NCBI GenBank assembly: GCA_964016885.1
Contig: OZ024745.1
Location: 119,598,001-119,662,000, forward strand
Source of the DNA: Eledone cirrhosa
Taxonomy: Eukaryota
Direction of reading: 5' to 3'
DNA: 64,000 bases
Positions within the stretch are counted from its first letter, which is position 1, and each line of letters opens with the position of its first letter. Under the pieces are notes generated by a model. The model searched no databases. It had not been told where the DNA came from and saw only the letters and a list, made by a program, of their open reading frames with translations. Position numbers and translations under genes: made by a program. Below, piece by piece: positions 42,511 to 56,735 of this stretch.

Positions 42511-42804
42511 TGATAGCTTGGGCATCTAAATAACTAAAACAATCAGAGAGTGCCTGGTACATACTCTCAAATTATTCATGGGTTCACGCCATGAACTTAA
42601 ATAGATAGATATACACATACATCTGAATATTTTAAAATAGTTTAGCCGACCAATCGACCATACTACTTATTTTCCAAGCCTGGTATTTGATTTATGGATC
42701 TGTTTTTATCGAAACGCTGTCCATTTCTTTCCATCTCCAAGAGTAAGAAAAAACACTATATATGTAATTAGAAGGAGCGAGGTTTCAAAGTATCATTATT
42801 ACAT

Positions 42805-42995
42805 TACGGTGGATAGGCATTATCGGTAGAGGGTCGGACACCATACTTTCCAGCATAGTTACGTCCCTTTACGATCTGAGTTCAAATCCCGCCGAGGTTG
42901 ACTTTGCCTTTCATCCTTACGGGTTCGATAAAATAAAGTACCAGTAATGCACTGGGTAACTGCTGGCCTTGTGCCTAAAGTAAAAACAATTATTA
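42805..42995 (+). mobile_element. SINE S1
   Basis: Full head, body and tail. Confidence 0.85.
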
Positions 42996-43169
42996 CATTT
43001 ATTCAGGTGTGAGACGCGTTTCGCGATCGAGCAGCTCAACGTACGATACGGATCGTACCTTGAGCTGATCAATCGCGAAATGCGCGTCACATCGGAATAA
43101 ATTTAATGATGATATTTTGATATCTCGTACCTACAGTGGGTTTTCTTTTTAAGAAAACCCACTTTACTA

Positions 43170-44020
43170 ATAGGAAATGTTTTATATGTAAAGTAAACCC
43201 CCGGATAAACTGTAAAACTAGAAACGTAGCTATAGCATAAGATGTACAGAGGGTACTTGCAGAAACATGGCAACAACATACATAGGCGAGACAGCTCGTA
43301 GCATAGGTGAAAGTATAGACCAACACCGGGAGGAACTAAAAGGACGAAAAAAACGGTTCAGTACTATACGAACACGCCAGACAGCAACATGACGGTAACA
43401 TAGACAACATAGAAATTAAAATAATATCTAAACATAGAAATGACCCAGCAGATAGGTAAATCAGAGAGGCAAGTGAAATAGAACTTAGAATGCCAAAGCT
43501 AAACAGAAAAATGAATGGAATAACAAGAACACCCAAACAACACTGACCTAAGAGAAGTATAAATAAATAAATAAATAAATAAACACAATCACAATAACAA
43601 CAAACACATACAAACACACACTAGTAAACTAAGACAGAATACAATAACCAAAACACAGTCACCCAATCGCGAACACACACCAAACACTATACACACACGC
43701 AAACGCATGCGCAGAGAAGACAAAAATAAATAAATAAACAGATTAAATAAAGATGGCGTAGATATGCAATACAACAGGAGAAACATAATAGCACCACTGA
43801 CGATGTTAAAGATGTGCAACGAAATAATTTTGTTAGACTATATATATGTGTTTGTGTCTATATTACATCTGTATTTTTTACCATTGGTCAGTCATTGAGG
43901 ACCGAATAAATTAACTGATATAAAAGATACAGAAGTGAAAACCAACCAAACAGTGAGTTTGTTCTGTTATTAATTCTGGCAATATTATTATAACAATATG
44001 ACTCTCCCCAAGTATAACAA
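43170..44020 (+). mobile_element. Family A PLE: GIY-YIG endonuclease fragment plus 3' pLTR-like region with HHR (43788-43842)
   Basis: KCFICK..INCKTRNV/YSIRC..C..TYIGETARS...H...SVLYEH...H...R*IREA..I....PKLNRK.EW; CUGACGA..GAAA; ends CCCCAAGTATAACAA|(TA)n. Confidence 0.88.
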
Positions 44021-44269
44021 TATATATATATAATAGAATTACAATTTAGCTTCAGGAACAGTTGTATGCAGATATGTATTGGAATTTCGTATTTCAGAAG
44101 AAATACGGTAATTAAACATTTAGAGAGCCGTAGCTATGTCAAAAAACCAGCGACCAATTAATATATAAAGGAACAACACATATAAAATCTTCTTTACATA
44201 CTTATCCTGCCTATTTAATTTTCTTGAAGTTACACGCCTACCATGGCTATAAAACATTCATTGACATCC

Positions 44270-44680
44270 TAGTAGTTAGAATGATGGAGAATCCGGCATA
44301 TTTAATTGCGAGAAGTTGGGCGGGAAACTGAACAGATGGACAAGAGTTAACACTCTACACGAATCATCCGAAAAGAAGATGCCCTTTGGTGTGACAATAG
44401 CCATTTCGTAGTTGCCAATGATTGATCCTCATCAGATGTTGCAATAGATCCTAACTTTTAAATTCCCGAGAAAAAACATTTTCTACTTTCCAAATAGCAA
44501 GAATGAGAAAGTGGAGTTAATCATACGACTTATATATTCAAATGCACACATAATCATATATAGTGGAGTTAATCATACGACTTATATATTCAAGTGCACA
44601 CATAATCATATATAGTGGAGTTTTATGAATGCGGTGATGAATTGTTGTGTGGAGGATGTGATCTTGTAAGTCGTGTCTTT
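44270..44680 (-). repeat. Family E repeat, inverted copy (HHR-like core at 44429-44435)
   Basis: Reverse complement of 42050-42510, moderately diverged. Confidence 0.75.
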
Positions 44681-44804
44681 ATATCTCGAAGTGAAAATAT
44701 ACGACAAACGACAAATAAACCATTAAATAACACCTGTATAATCCTGTCCCAAATTTCTCATTAATAATTTAAAGGATTCTTGTAGAAATTCAACTACAAT
44801 TATA

Positions 44805-45158
44805 TAATTGTTTCTACTTGTGGCACAAGACCAGCAATTACTCCAGTACATTACTGGTACTTTATTTTATTGACCCCGTAAGGATGTAAGGTAAATTTAA
44901 CCTCGGCGAGATTTGAACTCAGACGTAAAGGGACGTAACTCTATGTTGGAAAGCATGGCGTCCGACCCTCTACCGATACTGTCAATCCACCTCCCTTTAT
45001 ATATATAAACTACAATTATATAATTCTTTCTACTTTAGGCACAAGGCCAGCAAATACTCAGTGCATTACTGGTACTTTATTTTATCGACCCCGTAAGGAT
45101 CAAAGGCAAAGTCAACCTCGGCGGGATTTGAACTCAGATCGTAAAGGGACGTAACTAT
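44805..45158 (-). mobile_element. Two tandem SINE S1 copies
   Basis: 44805-44995 is full length; 45020-45158 is truncated. Confidence 0.85.
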
Positions 45159-45518
45159 TTTACAGATGGTGTTGTAAATGATTTATGCGTTGAATACCAT
45201 ATATTATAGTTTGTTAGGTATGTATTTTCTTTATTGTCAAGGTAACTGACCTCTTCTTGTGTGGTATTAAATAGAAGTCCATATCCCTTCAAGTTTATAG
45301 TGGAACTTTAAACGTCAGGTGTTCACCTGTTTTTGGTTTAAGGGGGCAGGTGAATTCTATTAATTATATAAATGGCTAACTTGACAGACCGAGGAAAGTA
45401 AGGACAGCAGCAGAAACATGAAGACAATGAGTGAGAAAGAACGGGGCGTGTTGGAGTGAAAGGGGAAGAGGTATATAGGGATATTGTGAAAAAGAAACAA
45501 ACGGTCTCCTTTCTCTGT

Positions 45519-45613
<95 letters not shown>

Positions 45614-46653
45614 GTTGGAGGAGAGAGAAACAAGAATAATGAAAGTATCGTTAAGGTTTCCAAAGGACAGACAAAGCCGAGTGGTGTCAATGAGTGCGCT
45701 ATAAAGCAGATATGACTGGGTAAGGGGGCATGACTCAGTTTCAGTGGGCAAATATTTGGTCTCGGAAAAGGTGCAAAGAAGAACGGATAAGCAAAATAAA
45801 CAAATACACAAGAGAAAAGCCAATAAATAAATAAACTGATAAATAAAATAAATGCTATATTTATTTTTCCTCGCATAAATCAGAAAAAGTAAGAGGCGGT
45901 GATTTCTTTTACCAATGCGTTCCTAACGACCCAACATAATTTATAAAGGTTTCCCAGGTAATAGAATATTTCTTTAGAATTTACTGTAAATCGTTCCTGC
46001 ATTTTTGGTTTAGCTTCCCCTAGCCAACATGACCATTATATTTTTCCTTTGTAATTATCACTACATTATTTCTATTTTTTTTTCATTTTATCACTTCATT
46101 CTTTACTTCCATCATATTAAGTATTCCTAAGATATATAAATTCAGGTTCTTGTCTAAATGTTTTTACCGTTTCTTCGCTATCAATCTGTCATCATCACTT
46201 GCTTTGCTCTAACCACAAACTTACATCCCCTCACATACATACACTAGCACTCATTGAACACACTCATGTTTGTACAAATATATACAGTACATTTGCATAC
46301 GCATGCACGAGGAGTCTATATAGAGAATGGAACTCAGTCGTTTTCGACGATGTGTTTTTCTGTTTTACAACACGAAATAATCTTTCTCATGAACTTAACA
46401 TTTACAGGGCCAAGTATTACACTGACATGTTTACTTGTAACGAATTTCGCAAGGAGATTCAGCATTACAGAATGTGTGTAGTTTCCATGTACAGAATTAT
46501 AACTCACATGAAATGGTCGACTCGTGGTTAAGGTTAATCTCAACTACCCAAGATGCCAGGCAGTGTGATCGAACTTAGGATAATATGATTACGAAGCGAC
46601 CCCCTTAAAATATCACCATGCTGCGTTCCACCTCTCTCTCCCTCTCTCTCCCC

Positions 46654-46714
<61 letters not shown>

Positions 46715-46790
46715 GGGTTAGAGATAGAGCCAATATAGGAGATAGTATGTGATGCTGTTTTAACAGTGCACCTATATACTATATTGGATG

Positions 46791-46855
<65 letters not shown>

Positions 46856-47145
46856 GTATATAAATATAAAGATAGAGTCAGTTACATAACAAATCAATAC
46901 GGGCTACAAATTCCTCAGGTGAAACATGTATCCTCGAATATGGTTTGCTGCTTTATTGTGGATCTAACTCTATACCGAACTCGTCCTTTGGATCGAATGC
47001 TCTACGAACAGCGGTTATAACCTCCCGTTTTTTACCACTACATATATATATATATAAAACATACAGAAGAAAACACGCGAGAGAGTGAGAGAGAGAGAGT
47101 GTGTGAGAGAGAAAGAGAGACACACACAGACAGATAGGCAAACAG

Positions 47146-47216
<71 letters not shown>

Positions 47217-47240
47217 CACACACACATATATATATATATG

Positions 47241-47287
<47 letters not shown>

Positions 47288-47945
47288 ACGGAACAATAAA
47301 CGAGGTACAAATGCACAAATATCATCTCTGAATGTAGCGGAGAGCAGATGAACATGTCTTCTCTTTAAAAGCCACGTGGTTAAATGAAGAATGGCTGGAG
47401 GCCTGTATAGAGATGTGGTAATGTACGCGTGAATGTGGTTTGGCATGTGATCACGCCAAAAGCAACAATGCAAGCTCGCTGACCAGCAAATGTAATCTAT
47501 CAATATTACAAATACAGTATATTTTACTCTGTAAACTGTCTCATAATGCTTCCTTTTGTACATTTGATTCAGTTCCATATTTCATTAATTTCTCTCTAGT
47601 ACTTGCCACTGCAGAAAGCATAATATAGTTCATATAGGCGATATAATAGATTATGTATATTTCACAGTAAATATCTTTGCGAAACACAGGCATGCTAACC
47701 CCAAAATTCTTATCATTGCCAACAAAATCAAGCAAACATTCACCACCACACACAATTATGCGTCTATGTCCATGTATGTGTATAAATATATATACACACA
47801 CACACATATATACATACATGTGTTTCTGCATGTATGTGTGTGTGTATATAACTGTGTGTACGCATGCGCATGTGCATATATATTAGAAAATTAGGTTTTT
47901 TTTTACAAAATGAAAAATAACCGAGGTGTCCTACACGAGTGCAAG

Positions 47946-48246
47946 TATAAAGAAAAAGAGATGAAATCGAAAATGCAACTGGAGTCTTATTTTTTTTTTA
48001 AATATATATATTTATTTGGTTCCTTTACCGGTTTCGCAGTTCTTCTGCTTTTCAAAAGGTGAGTTGAGATGGAGGGTCTGTGGTTTTTCTCACATCTGAT
48101 GTGAGAAAAACCACAGACCCTCCATCTCAACTCACCTTTTGAAAAGCAGAAGAACTGCGAAACCGGTAAAGGAACCAAATAAATATATATATTTTAAAAA
48201 AAAATAAGACTCCAGTTGCATTTTCGATTTCATCTCTTTTTCTTTA

Positions 48247-48248
<2 letters not shown>
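47946..48248. repeat. About 300-bp near-perfect palindrome centred on 48097
   Basis: ...CTCACATC-T-GATGTGAG...; contains an HHR-like 3' half, GAAA-CCGG-UA. Confidence 0.93.
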
Positions 48249-48280
<32 letters not shown>

Positions 48281-48498
48281 AATATAAATTTAGCGAGAAT
48301 CGCATTTCGGCAGGTAGAAAAAGCGAAACGAACGCAAATTACGAGTCATGCTGGCAAGGGCCCCATAATCACAAAGACTAATGCAAAAAAGATAAGTAAT
48401 AAACGCCATACAAACTGAGAAGGCGGTCAAGAAGCTATAGACCATCTAAGCCAAAAAACAAGTCAAGCTAAACAGGTCAAACAAAATAAATGACATAA

Positions 48499-48549
<51 letters not shown>

Positions 48550-48552
<3 letters not shown>

Positions 48553-48647
48553 CGAAGGAAATGTGGTAAGGAACCAGGTGGACCATAACGCACCAAAGTA
48601 CTCAATACTTAGGGTATTAGAGTGGGTAATAAGAACAAGTAAGACCC
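48550..48647 (-). mobile_element. Family B copy without inversion
   Basis: Tail plus 3' arm only; begins at about the predicted HHR cleavage site. Confidence 0.75.
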
Positions 48648-49505
48648 TTGGAATTGATGATAAAATCCAGTACAGGGTTTCTGCGACACATAAATCAATA
48701 TTACTTTCTGCTTAAAACAATAAGCTTCCGGCATAATGATCGAACAAGGAACATCACGTTATCAACAGGTATTTTTTCTGCGCCAGTATTGTGGATGGTA
48801 CAGTGCTCCATAAAAGCACATGTGTAACTTACAGGGGAAAAACCCCAGATTTTGGCAAATGAATTCAGTATGTGTAAATCATGCGAAAAATTGCATAAAT
48901 AGTACAAATCGAATAAGCGCTCGACCGGATAGTTTTTAAAATAAACTTATGCAATTAATCTGTCAATAGAATTATTAACAGGTTAATTGTAAGACTCAGG
49001 AGATTAATATTAATATATAAATATATATATGCACATACGCATACGTACACACAGTTATACACTCACACACACATATATATATACATATATATATATATAT
49101 GTATATATATATATGCATATACATATATACATATATATTTAATACAATAACAGAGAAAGCTTTAAGCTAAACTCTGACTGGCTACCATCCCACTCAATAA
49201 ACACTAGGATATACGTTAGTATAATCCCAATTTTGTGTTTGGGGTGCTAACTATATGTATTTTGTGGAAAGCCAGTTGTATTATTTTATATGAGATATAA
49301 TTAAAATTAAAATATATCTCTCTTTCCAAACAATTGTTTCATTATAAGTTTTCTACAAGTTAGGAGAATGTTTATACATATATGTTTATACATATATATA
49401 GACATATATATATATATATATACATATATTTACGTTTATGTATATATATATATATCACAAACACACACACATATATGTATATATGTATATATATATATGT
49501 ATATG

Positions 49506-49632
<127 letters not shown>

Positions 49633-49751
49633 ATAATAATAAATTTGAAGACTAAAATCCAAAGAGGGCTCGATAAGGATAAATATATATCAAATATATA
49701 TATATATCAAATATAGATATATATCAAATATAAATATATATATATGTTTAT

Positions 49752-49850
<99 letters not shown>

Positions 49851-49923
49851 GCATATATATATATATACATATATATATATTTATGTATATATATATATAT
49901 ATATAAATATATTTATTTATAAG

Positions 49924-50071
49924 ATTATTTCTGAAGACGGCATATATATGAGTTGGTATGTATATTTAATTTTGATAGTTTGTATAATTTTGTATAATTT
50001 TGTACATAGATCTGTTAAATATACATGCCAATTCTAACACATATATATCCCAGAAACGATCGTTAAATAAT
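49924..50071 (+). ncRNA. Type I HHR with a stem II domain of about 115 nt
   Basis: AUUAUUU-CUGAAGA-CGG...CCA-GAAA-CGAUCG-UU/AAAUAAU; 7-bp stem I; 20-bp helix GAGUUGGUAUGUAUAUUUAA/UUAAAUAUACAUGCCAAUUC. Confidence 0.75.
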
Positions 50072-50128
50072 GAACTTTTTTTGTTTAATATAAGGAACTG
50101 TTTCATTGTCTTATTCATTATTTTTTTA

Positions 50129-50171
<43 letters not shown>

Positions 50172-50371
50172 TACGCAAAGGCATGTACACACTCTCATAT
50201 TATTGTTATATCACACGCATGCCAATGTGTTATCGCACGTTTTTTACATCCATCTTCAAAGCTTCATGTGATTAAAAGAAAACGAAACACTTAAAAGAGA
50301 CAAAATATAAAATATACAATAATAATAATAAACAAGCGGATGCAAACCAGACATATTATCCCTTACTCTTC

Positions 50372-50416
<45 letters not shown>

Positions 50417-50794
50417 TTGTGTGTGTGTGTGTATGTAACCAGTGCAAAGCGGACGTAAAATAGTGATGATCATGATGATGATGATGATATATATATATAT
50501 ATATATAAATTTGTTTCTTGTTGATAATTCAATATGTAAATCTGCTTGGCGACCTATGCACGAGTTGACCTAGACGTTTATTTACGTATTTCATGTTCAC
50601 CCTATCCTTCATGCGTTTCATCATCTATGGATTATGTAGAGTAGAAAAAAATAAAGTTATTATGTTAACTAAAATATATAACAGACTCATACGTCCAGAT
50701 TCTTTTCTTCGTTATTAATGAGGTGAAAAGAATTGAGAGAGTTGGGATCTTGTACCGATAAATTGCCAAATCAATGGTCGATAAATCTCACTCA

Positions 50795-50985
50795 ATAACT
50801 GTTTCTACTTTAGGCATAAGGCCAGCAATTAACCAGTGCATTACTGGTACTTTATTTTATCGACCCCGTAAGGATGAAAGGCAAAGTCAACCTCGGCGGG
50901 ATTTGAACTCAGACCGTAAAGGGACGTAACTATGCTGGAAAGCATGGCGTCCGACCCTCTACCGATACTGCCAATCCACCGCCCT
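50795..50985 (-). mobile_element. SINE S1 (consensus-like)
   Basis: Full head, body and tail. Confidence 0.88.
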
Positions 50986-51091
50986 TCAATCTCACTCAAT
51001 AACGCAGGCTCCTACTAACACACACACACACACTCACACACACACACACTCACTCACACACACACACGCACACACAGACTCACACTGACAT

Positions 51092-51137
<46 letters not shown>

Positions 51138-51746
51138 GCATATATATATATATATATATAAATTATTTACTTGTGTCTGAAATAGAGGCAGCCAGGCGAA
51201 TAACAGACTGCCTTTATCGTGTCCCTGAGACAAGAACAAAAACACACTTTTTCTCCTCTGTCTTTTTTCTTCTTTCTTTGATGCTTTTTGTTTGCTTTTT
51301 TCCTTAAAGCTTCTTGGAATGTGTTTACCAACATTCCTTTGGTATACAACTATTATGCAATTTACACCTGATGATGTCACCGGGATCATACGCAGCCTCG
51401 CCACTGATATGTGCATTAGGTTTGCAAAAATAAATAATTAAGGGAATTCAACCTGCTCCGCCTCCTGTCGTTTTATTTTTATAATATTTTTAAATCCGTT
51501 CCCCCACCACCAGCGTGATTCAACATCAAAGTTGGATGAGTTGCGTAACGTTGAGTGCTTTTCTCGTATTAAATCATGATTAACAATGCAGAATGACCAA
51601 TTCTATCCAGTTGTGAAACACAAAGTTCAAGCATATATATATATATTAAAATAACAGATTAAAGTTTAAGCAAAGAATCGCTGCTTTCACCCTTAACGAG
51701 ATCTTCTGAAACAAAAAAATATATATAATATATATATATATAATAT

Positions 51747-51938
<192 letters not shown>

Positions 51939-52220
51939 GAACGACGATACGATACAAGAAAACTATGGAAGAGGGAACCCGGGGTAGATTGAGAATATTT
52001 ATTTCGAAACAACGGATGCAAGATAAAATTTGAAACAGTAATGTGATTTCTAAAAATTATTTTAGATTTGTATTTTCCTTTCTGCCATTTTTTCCTACTC
52101 TACCTTCTGAAAGAAGTGCGTAGTCCGAAACGTCATTCAATCATTTCTTCTGAGAATTAAATTTATATTCTCATTTTAGACAACCTATCTTTTTCTTTTG
52201 ATTCCCGTCTACTTCGTTCT

Positions 52221-55200
52221 CTACATAACACACCATCATTGCTTTCACTACATAACACACCATCATTGCTTTCACTACATAACACACCATCATTGCTTTC
52301 ACTACATAACACACCATCATTGCTTTCACTATATAACACACCATCATTGCTTTCACTACATAACACACCATCATTGCTTTCACTACATAACACACCATCA
52401 TTGCTTTCACTACATAACACACCATCATTCCTTTCACTACATAACACACCATCATTCCTTTCACTACATAACACACCATCATTCCTTTCACTACATAACA
52501 CACCATCATTCCTTTCACTACATAACACACCATCATTCCTTTCACTACATAACACACCATCATTGCTTTCAATACATAACACACCATCATTGCTTTCACT
52601 ACATAACACACCATCATTGCTTTCAATACATAACAGACCATCATTGCTTTCACTACATAACACACCATCATTGCTTTCAATACATAACACACCATCATTC
52701 CTTTCACTACATAACACACCATCATTGCTTTCAATACATAACACACCATCATTCCTTTCACTACATAACACACCATCATTGCTTTCAATACATAACACAC
52801 CATCATTGCTTTCACTACATAACACACCATCATTGCTTTCAATACATAACACACCATCATTGCTTTCAATACATAACACACCATCATTCCTTTCACTACA
52901 TAACACACCGTCATTGCTTTCACTACATAACACACCATCATTGCTTTCACTACATAACACACCATCATTGCTTTCACTACATAACACACCATCATTGCTT
53001 TCACTACATAACACACCGTCATTCCTTTCACTACATAACACACCATCATTGCTTTCACTACATAACACACCATCATTCCTTTCACTACATAACACACCAT
53101 CATTCCTTTCACTACATAACACACCATCATTCCTTTCACTACATAACACACCGTCATTCCTTTCACTACATAACACACCGTCATTCCTTTCACTACATAA
53201 CACACCATCATTGCTTTCACTACATAACACACCATCATTCCTTTCACTACATAACACACCATCATTCCTTTCACTACATAACACACCATCATTGCTTTCA
53301 CTACATAACACACCATCATTGCTTTCACTACATAACACACCATCATTCCTTTCACTACATAACACACCATCATTGCTTTCAATACATAACACACCATCAT
53401 TGCTTTCACTACATAACACACCATCATTCCTTTCACTACATAACACACCATCATTGCTTTCACTACATAACACACCATCATTGCTTTCACTACATAACAC
53501 ACCATCATTCCTTTCACTACATAACACACCATCATTCCTTTCACTACATAACACACCATCATTGCTTTCAATACATAACACACCATCATTGCTTTCACTA
53601 CATAACACACCATCATTGCTTTCACTACATAACACACCATCATTGCTTTCACTACATAACACACCATCATTGCTTTCACTACATAACACACCATCATTGC
53701 TTTCACTACATAACACACCATCATTGCTCTTACTATCTAACACACCATCATTCCTTTCACTACATAACACACCATCATTGCTTTCACTACATAACACACC
53801 ATCATTCCTTTCACTACATAACACACCATCATTGCTTTCACTACATAACACACCATCATTCCTTTCACTACATAACACACCATCATTGCTTTCAATACAT
53901 AACACACCATCATTGCTTTCACTACATAACACACCATCATTGCTTTCACTACATAACACACCATCATTGCTTTCACTACATAACACACCATCATTGCTTT
54001 CACTACATAACACACCATCATTGCTTTCACTACATAACACACCATCATTGCTCTTACTATCTAACACACCATCATTCCTTTCACTACATAACACACCATC
54101 ATTGCTTTCACTACATAACACACCATCATTCCTTTCACTACATAACACACCATCATTGCTTTCACTACATAACACACCATCATTCCTTTCACTACATAAC
54201 ACACCATCATTGCTTTCAATACATAACACACCATCATTGCTTTCACTACATAACACACCATCATTCCTTTCACTACATAACACACCATCATTCCTTTCAC
54301 TACATAACACACCATCATTCCTTTCAATACATAACACACCATCATTGCTTTCACTACATAACACACCATCATTCCTTTCACTACATAACACACCATCATT
54401 GCTTTCACTACATAACACACCATCATTCCTTTCACTACATAACACACCATCATTCCTTTCACTACATAACACACCATCATTCCTTTCAATACATAACACA
54501 CCATCATTGCTTTCACTACATAACACACCATCATTCCTTTCACTACATAACACACCATCATTGCTTTCACTACATAACACACCATCATCCCTTTCACTAC
54601 ATAACACACCATCATTACTTTCACTACATAACACACCATCATTCCTTTCACTACATAACACACCATCATTCCTTTCACTACATAACACACCATCATTCCT
54701 TTCAATACATAACACACCATCATTGCTTTCACTACATAACACACCATCATTCCTTTCACTACATAACACACCATCATTGCTTTCACTACATAACACACCA
54801 TCATTGCTTTCACTACATAACACACCATCATTCCTTTCACTACATAACACACCATCATTGCTTTCAATACATAACACACCATCATTGCTTTCACTACATA
54901 ACACACCATCATTGCTTTCACTACATAACACACCATCATTGCTTTCAATACATAACACACCATCATTGCTTTCACTACATAACACACCATCATTGCTTTC
55001 ACTACATAACACACCATCATTGCTTTCACTACATAACACACCATCATTGCTTTCACTACATAACACACCATCATTGCTTTCACTACATAACACACCATCA
55101 TTGCTTTCACTACATAACACACCATCATTGCTTTCACTACATAACACACCATCATTCCTTTCACTACATAACACACCATCATTGCTTTCAATACATAACA

Positions 55201-55426
55201 CACCATCATTGCTTTCACTACATAACACACCATCATTCCTTTCACTACATAACACACCATCATTGCTTTCACTACATAAGACACCATCATTCCTTTCACT
55301 ACATAACACACCATCATTGCTTTCACTACATAACACACCATCATTGCTTTCACTACATAACACACCATCATTGCTTTCACTACATAACACACCATCATTC
55401 CTTTCACTACATAACACACCGTCATT
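52221..55426. repeat. 27-bp minisatellite, about 118 units (CTACATAACACACCATCATTGCTTTCA)
   Basis: Seen directly; few recurrent variants (G/C, C/A, A/G). Confidence 0.98.
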
Positions 55427-55629
55427 CGGCTTTCTCCCAGACCTACCATGGCCATTGCTTAGATATTTTTCCTCTGTGGAGCTTCCGAAGATACTGAAAC
55501 TCAGATCACGCAACTCTGTTAGCATGAAGGATTATGACAGATATTTATATTTATTTCGTTATATATCTATATATATGTGTGTGCGTGTGTTTGTGTATGT
55601 GTGTGTGCACGGGTGCGCATGTGTCTATG

Positions 55630-55787
55630 TGTGTGTAATAATGAATTAGAATGCAACAATGTTTAACTTCAACAAATTCATTATTACACATATATATCAT
55701 TCATTATCACACACATGATATATATGTGTAATGATGAATTTGTTGAAGTTAAACATTGTTGCATTCTAATTCATTATTACACACACA
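55630..55787. repeat. Fold-back palindrome (arms of about 70 bp)
   Basis: GTGTGTAATAATGAATTAGAATGC... / ...GCATTCTAATTCATTATTACACAC. Confidence 0.88.
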
Positions 55788-56119
55788 TATATATATATGT
55801 GTGTGTGTGTCAGGTTAAAATTTGTTTGTGTGAATGAATGTGCAAACAAATATACATATGGAAGATTGCTTACCAAAGTATTTTTTCGACATGATCATTG
55901 CAGGGGGTACGGTAATAATCCAATTAATGATTTTAAGGCACAGTAGCCACTTAGAAGATGACACCTTGATTATAAATTTATAGGTATAATGCCAAGACAA
56001 ACAAATGACTAGGCAATAAGTAAAGGCTAGAAGAGAAAGGTTTATTTAGAGTTTGTTCTTTAACATATGTTTCAATAAAATATCAGTCTCTCGCGCTAAT
56101 TACATATGTTAAAGAATGA

Positions 56120-56216
56120 AACGCTCTGTATTGCTCACAAGACATTTCAGGAATCGATCTCACGACATTATGTCCGTTAATCCAACCCCATTACCACCAG
56201 ACCACGCCCCTCCACA
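56120..56216 (-). mobile_element. SINE S2 head, degenerate
   Basis: TTGCTCA..GGAATCGATCTCAC..ACCAC..CCACGCC. Confidence 0.55.
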
Positions 56217-56652
56217 AGTGGTCAGTAATTTTTGTAATGTTTAGTTAATTTAGATACATATTAACCCAATATATATCAAATAAGCATTAATATAATATTG
56301 GCGTTGCTTCGCCAATTGTAAAATGTATGCTAACTAATCTTCAGTGAGCTGCAGATGTGTCAGATGTAAAACGCAGGAAATACTTATGATTTTGGAAGCT
56401 TTCACTGGCTCATAATATGTCAAGTATTCAAGTATACGTTGATGTAATATGAACATATGTTTGTAAATACAAGTTGGCATAGCCACACAATATCTCTATC
56501 TCTTTTAGTTTTAGAAAATAATGAAACTTGTGAAATCGATAGTTATACATTATTGTAAAGAAACCATTTTTAAAGACACCGATTGCATTTACCGATTCTT
56601 TTTCATATACATTTACCCCTGTGGGAAATACTAATGAACTTGCATACATACG

Positions 56653-56732
<80 letters not shown>

Positions 56733-56735
<3 letters not shown>

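Noticed and set aside
50900-50985. tRNA-like A/B boxes
   Set aside because: SINE heads; no full cloverleaf.
52221-55426. CRISPR-like regular repeat
   Set aside because: Head-to-tail units with no unique spacers, no cas genes and a eukaryotic context.
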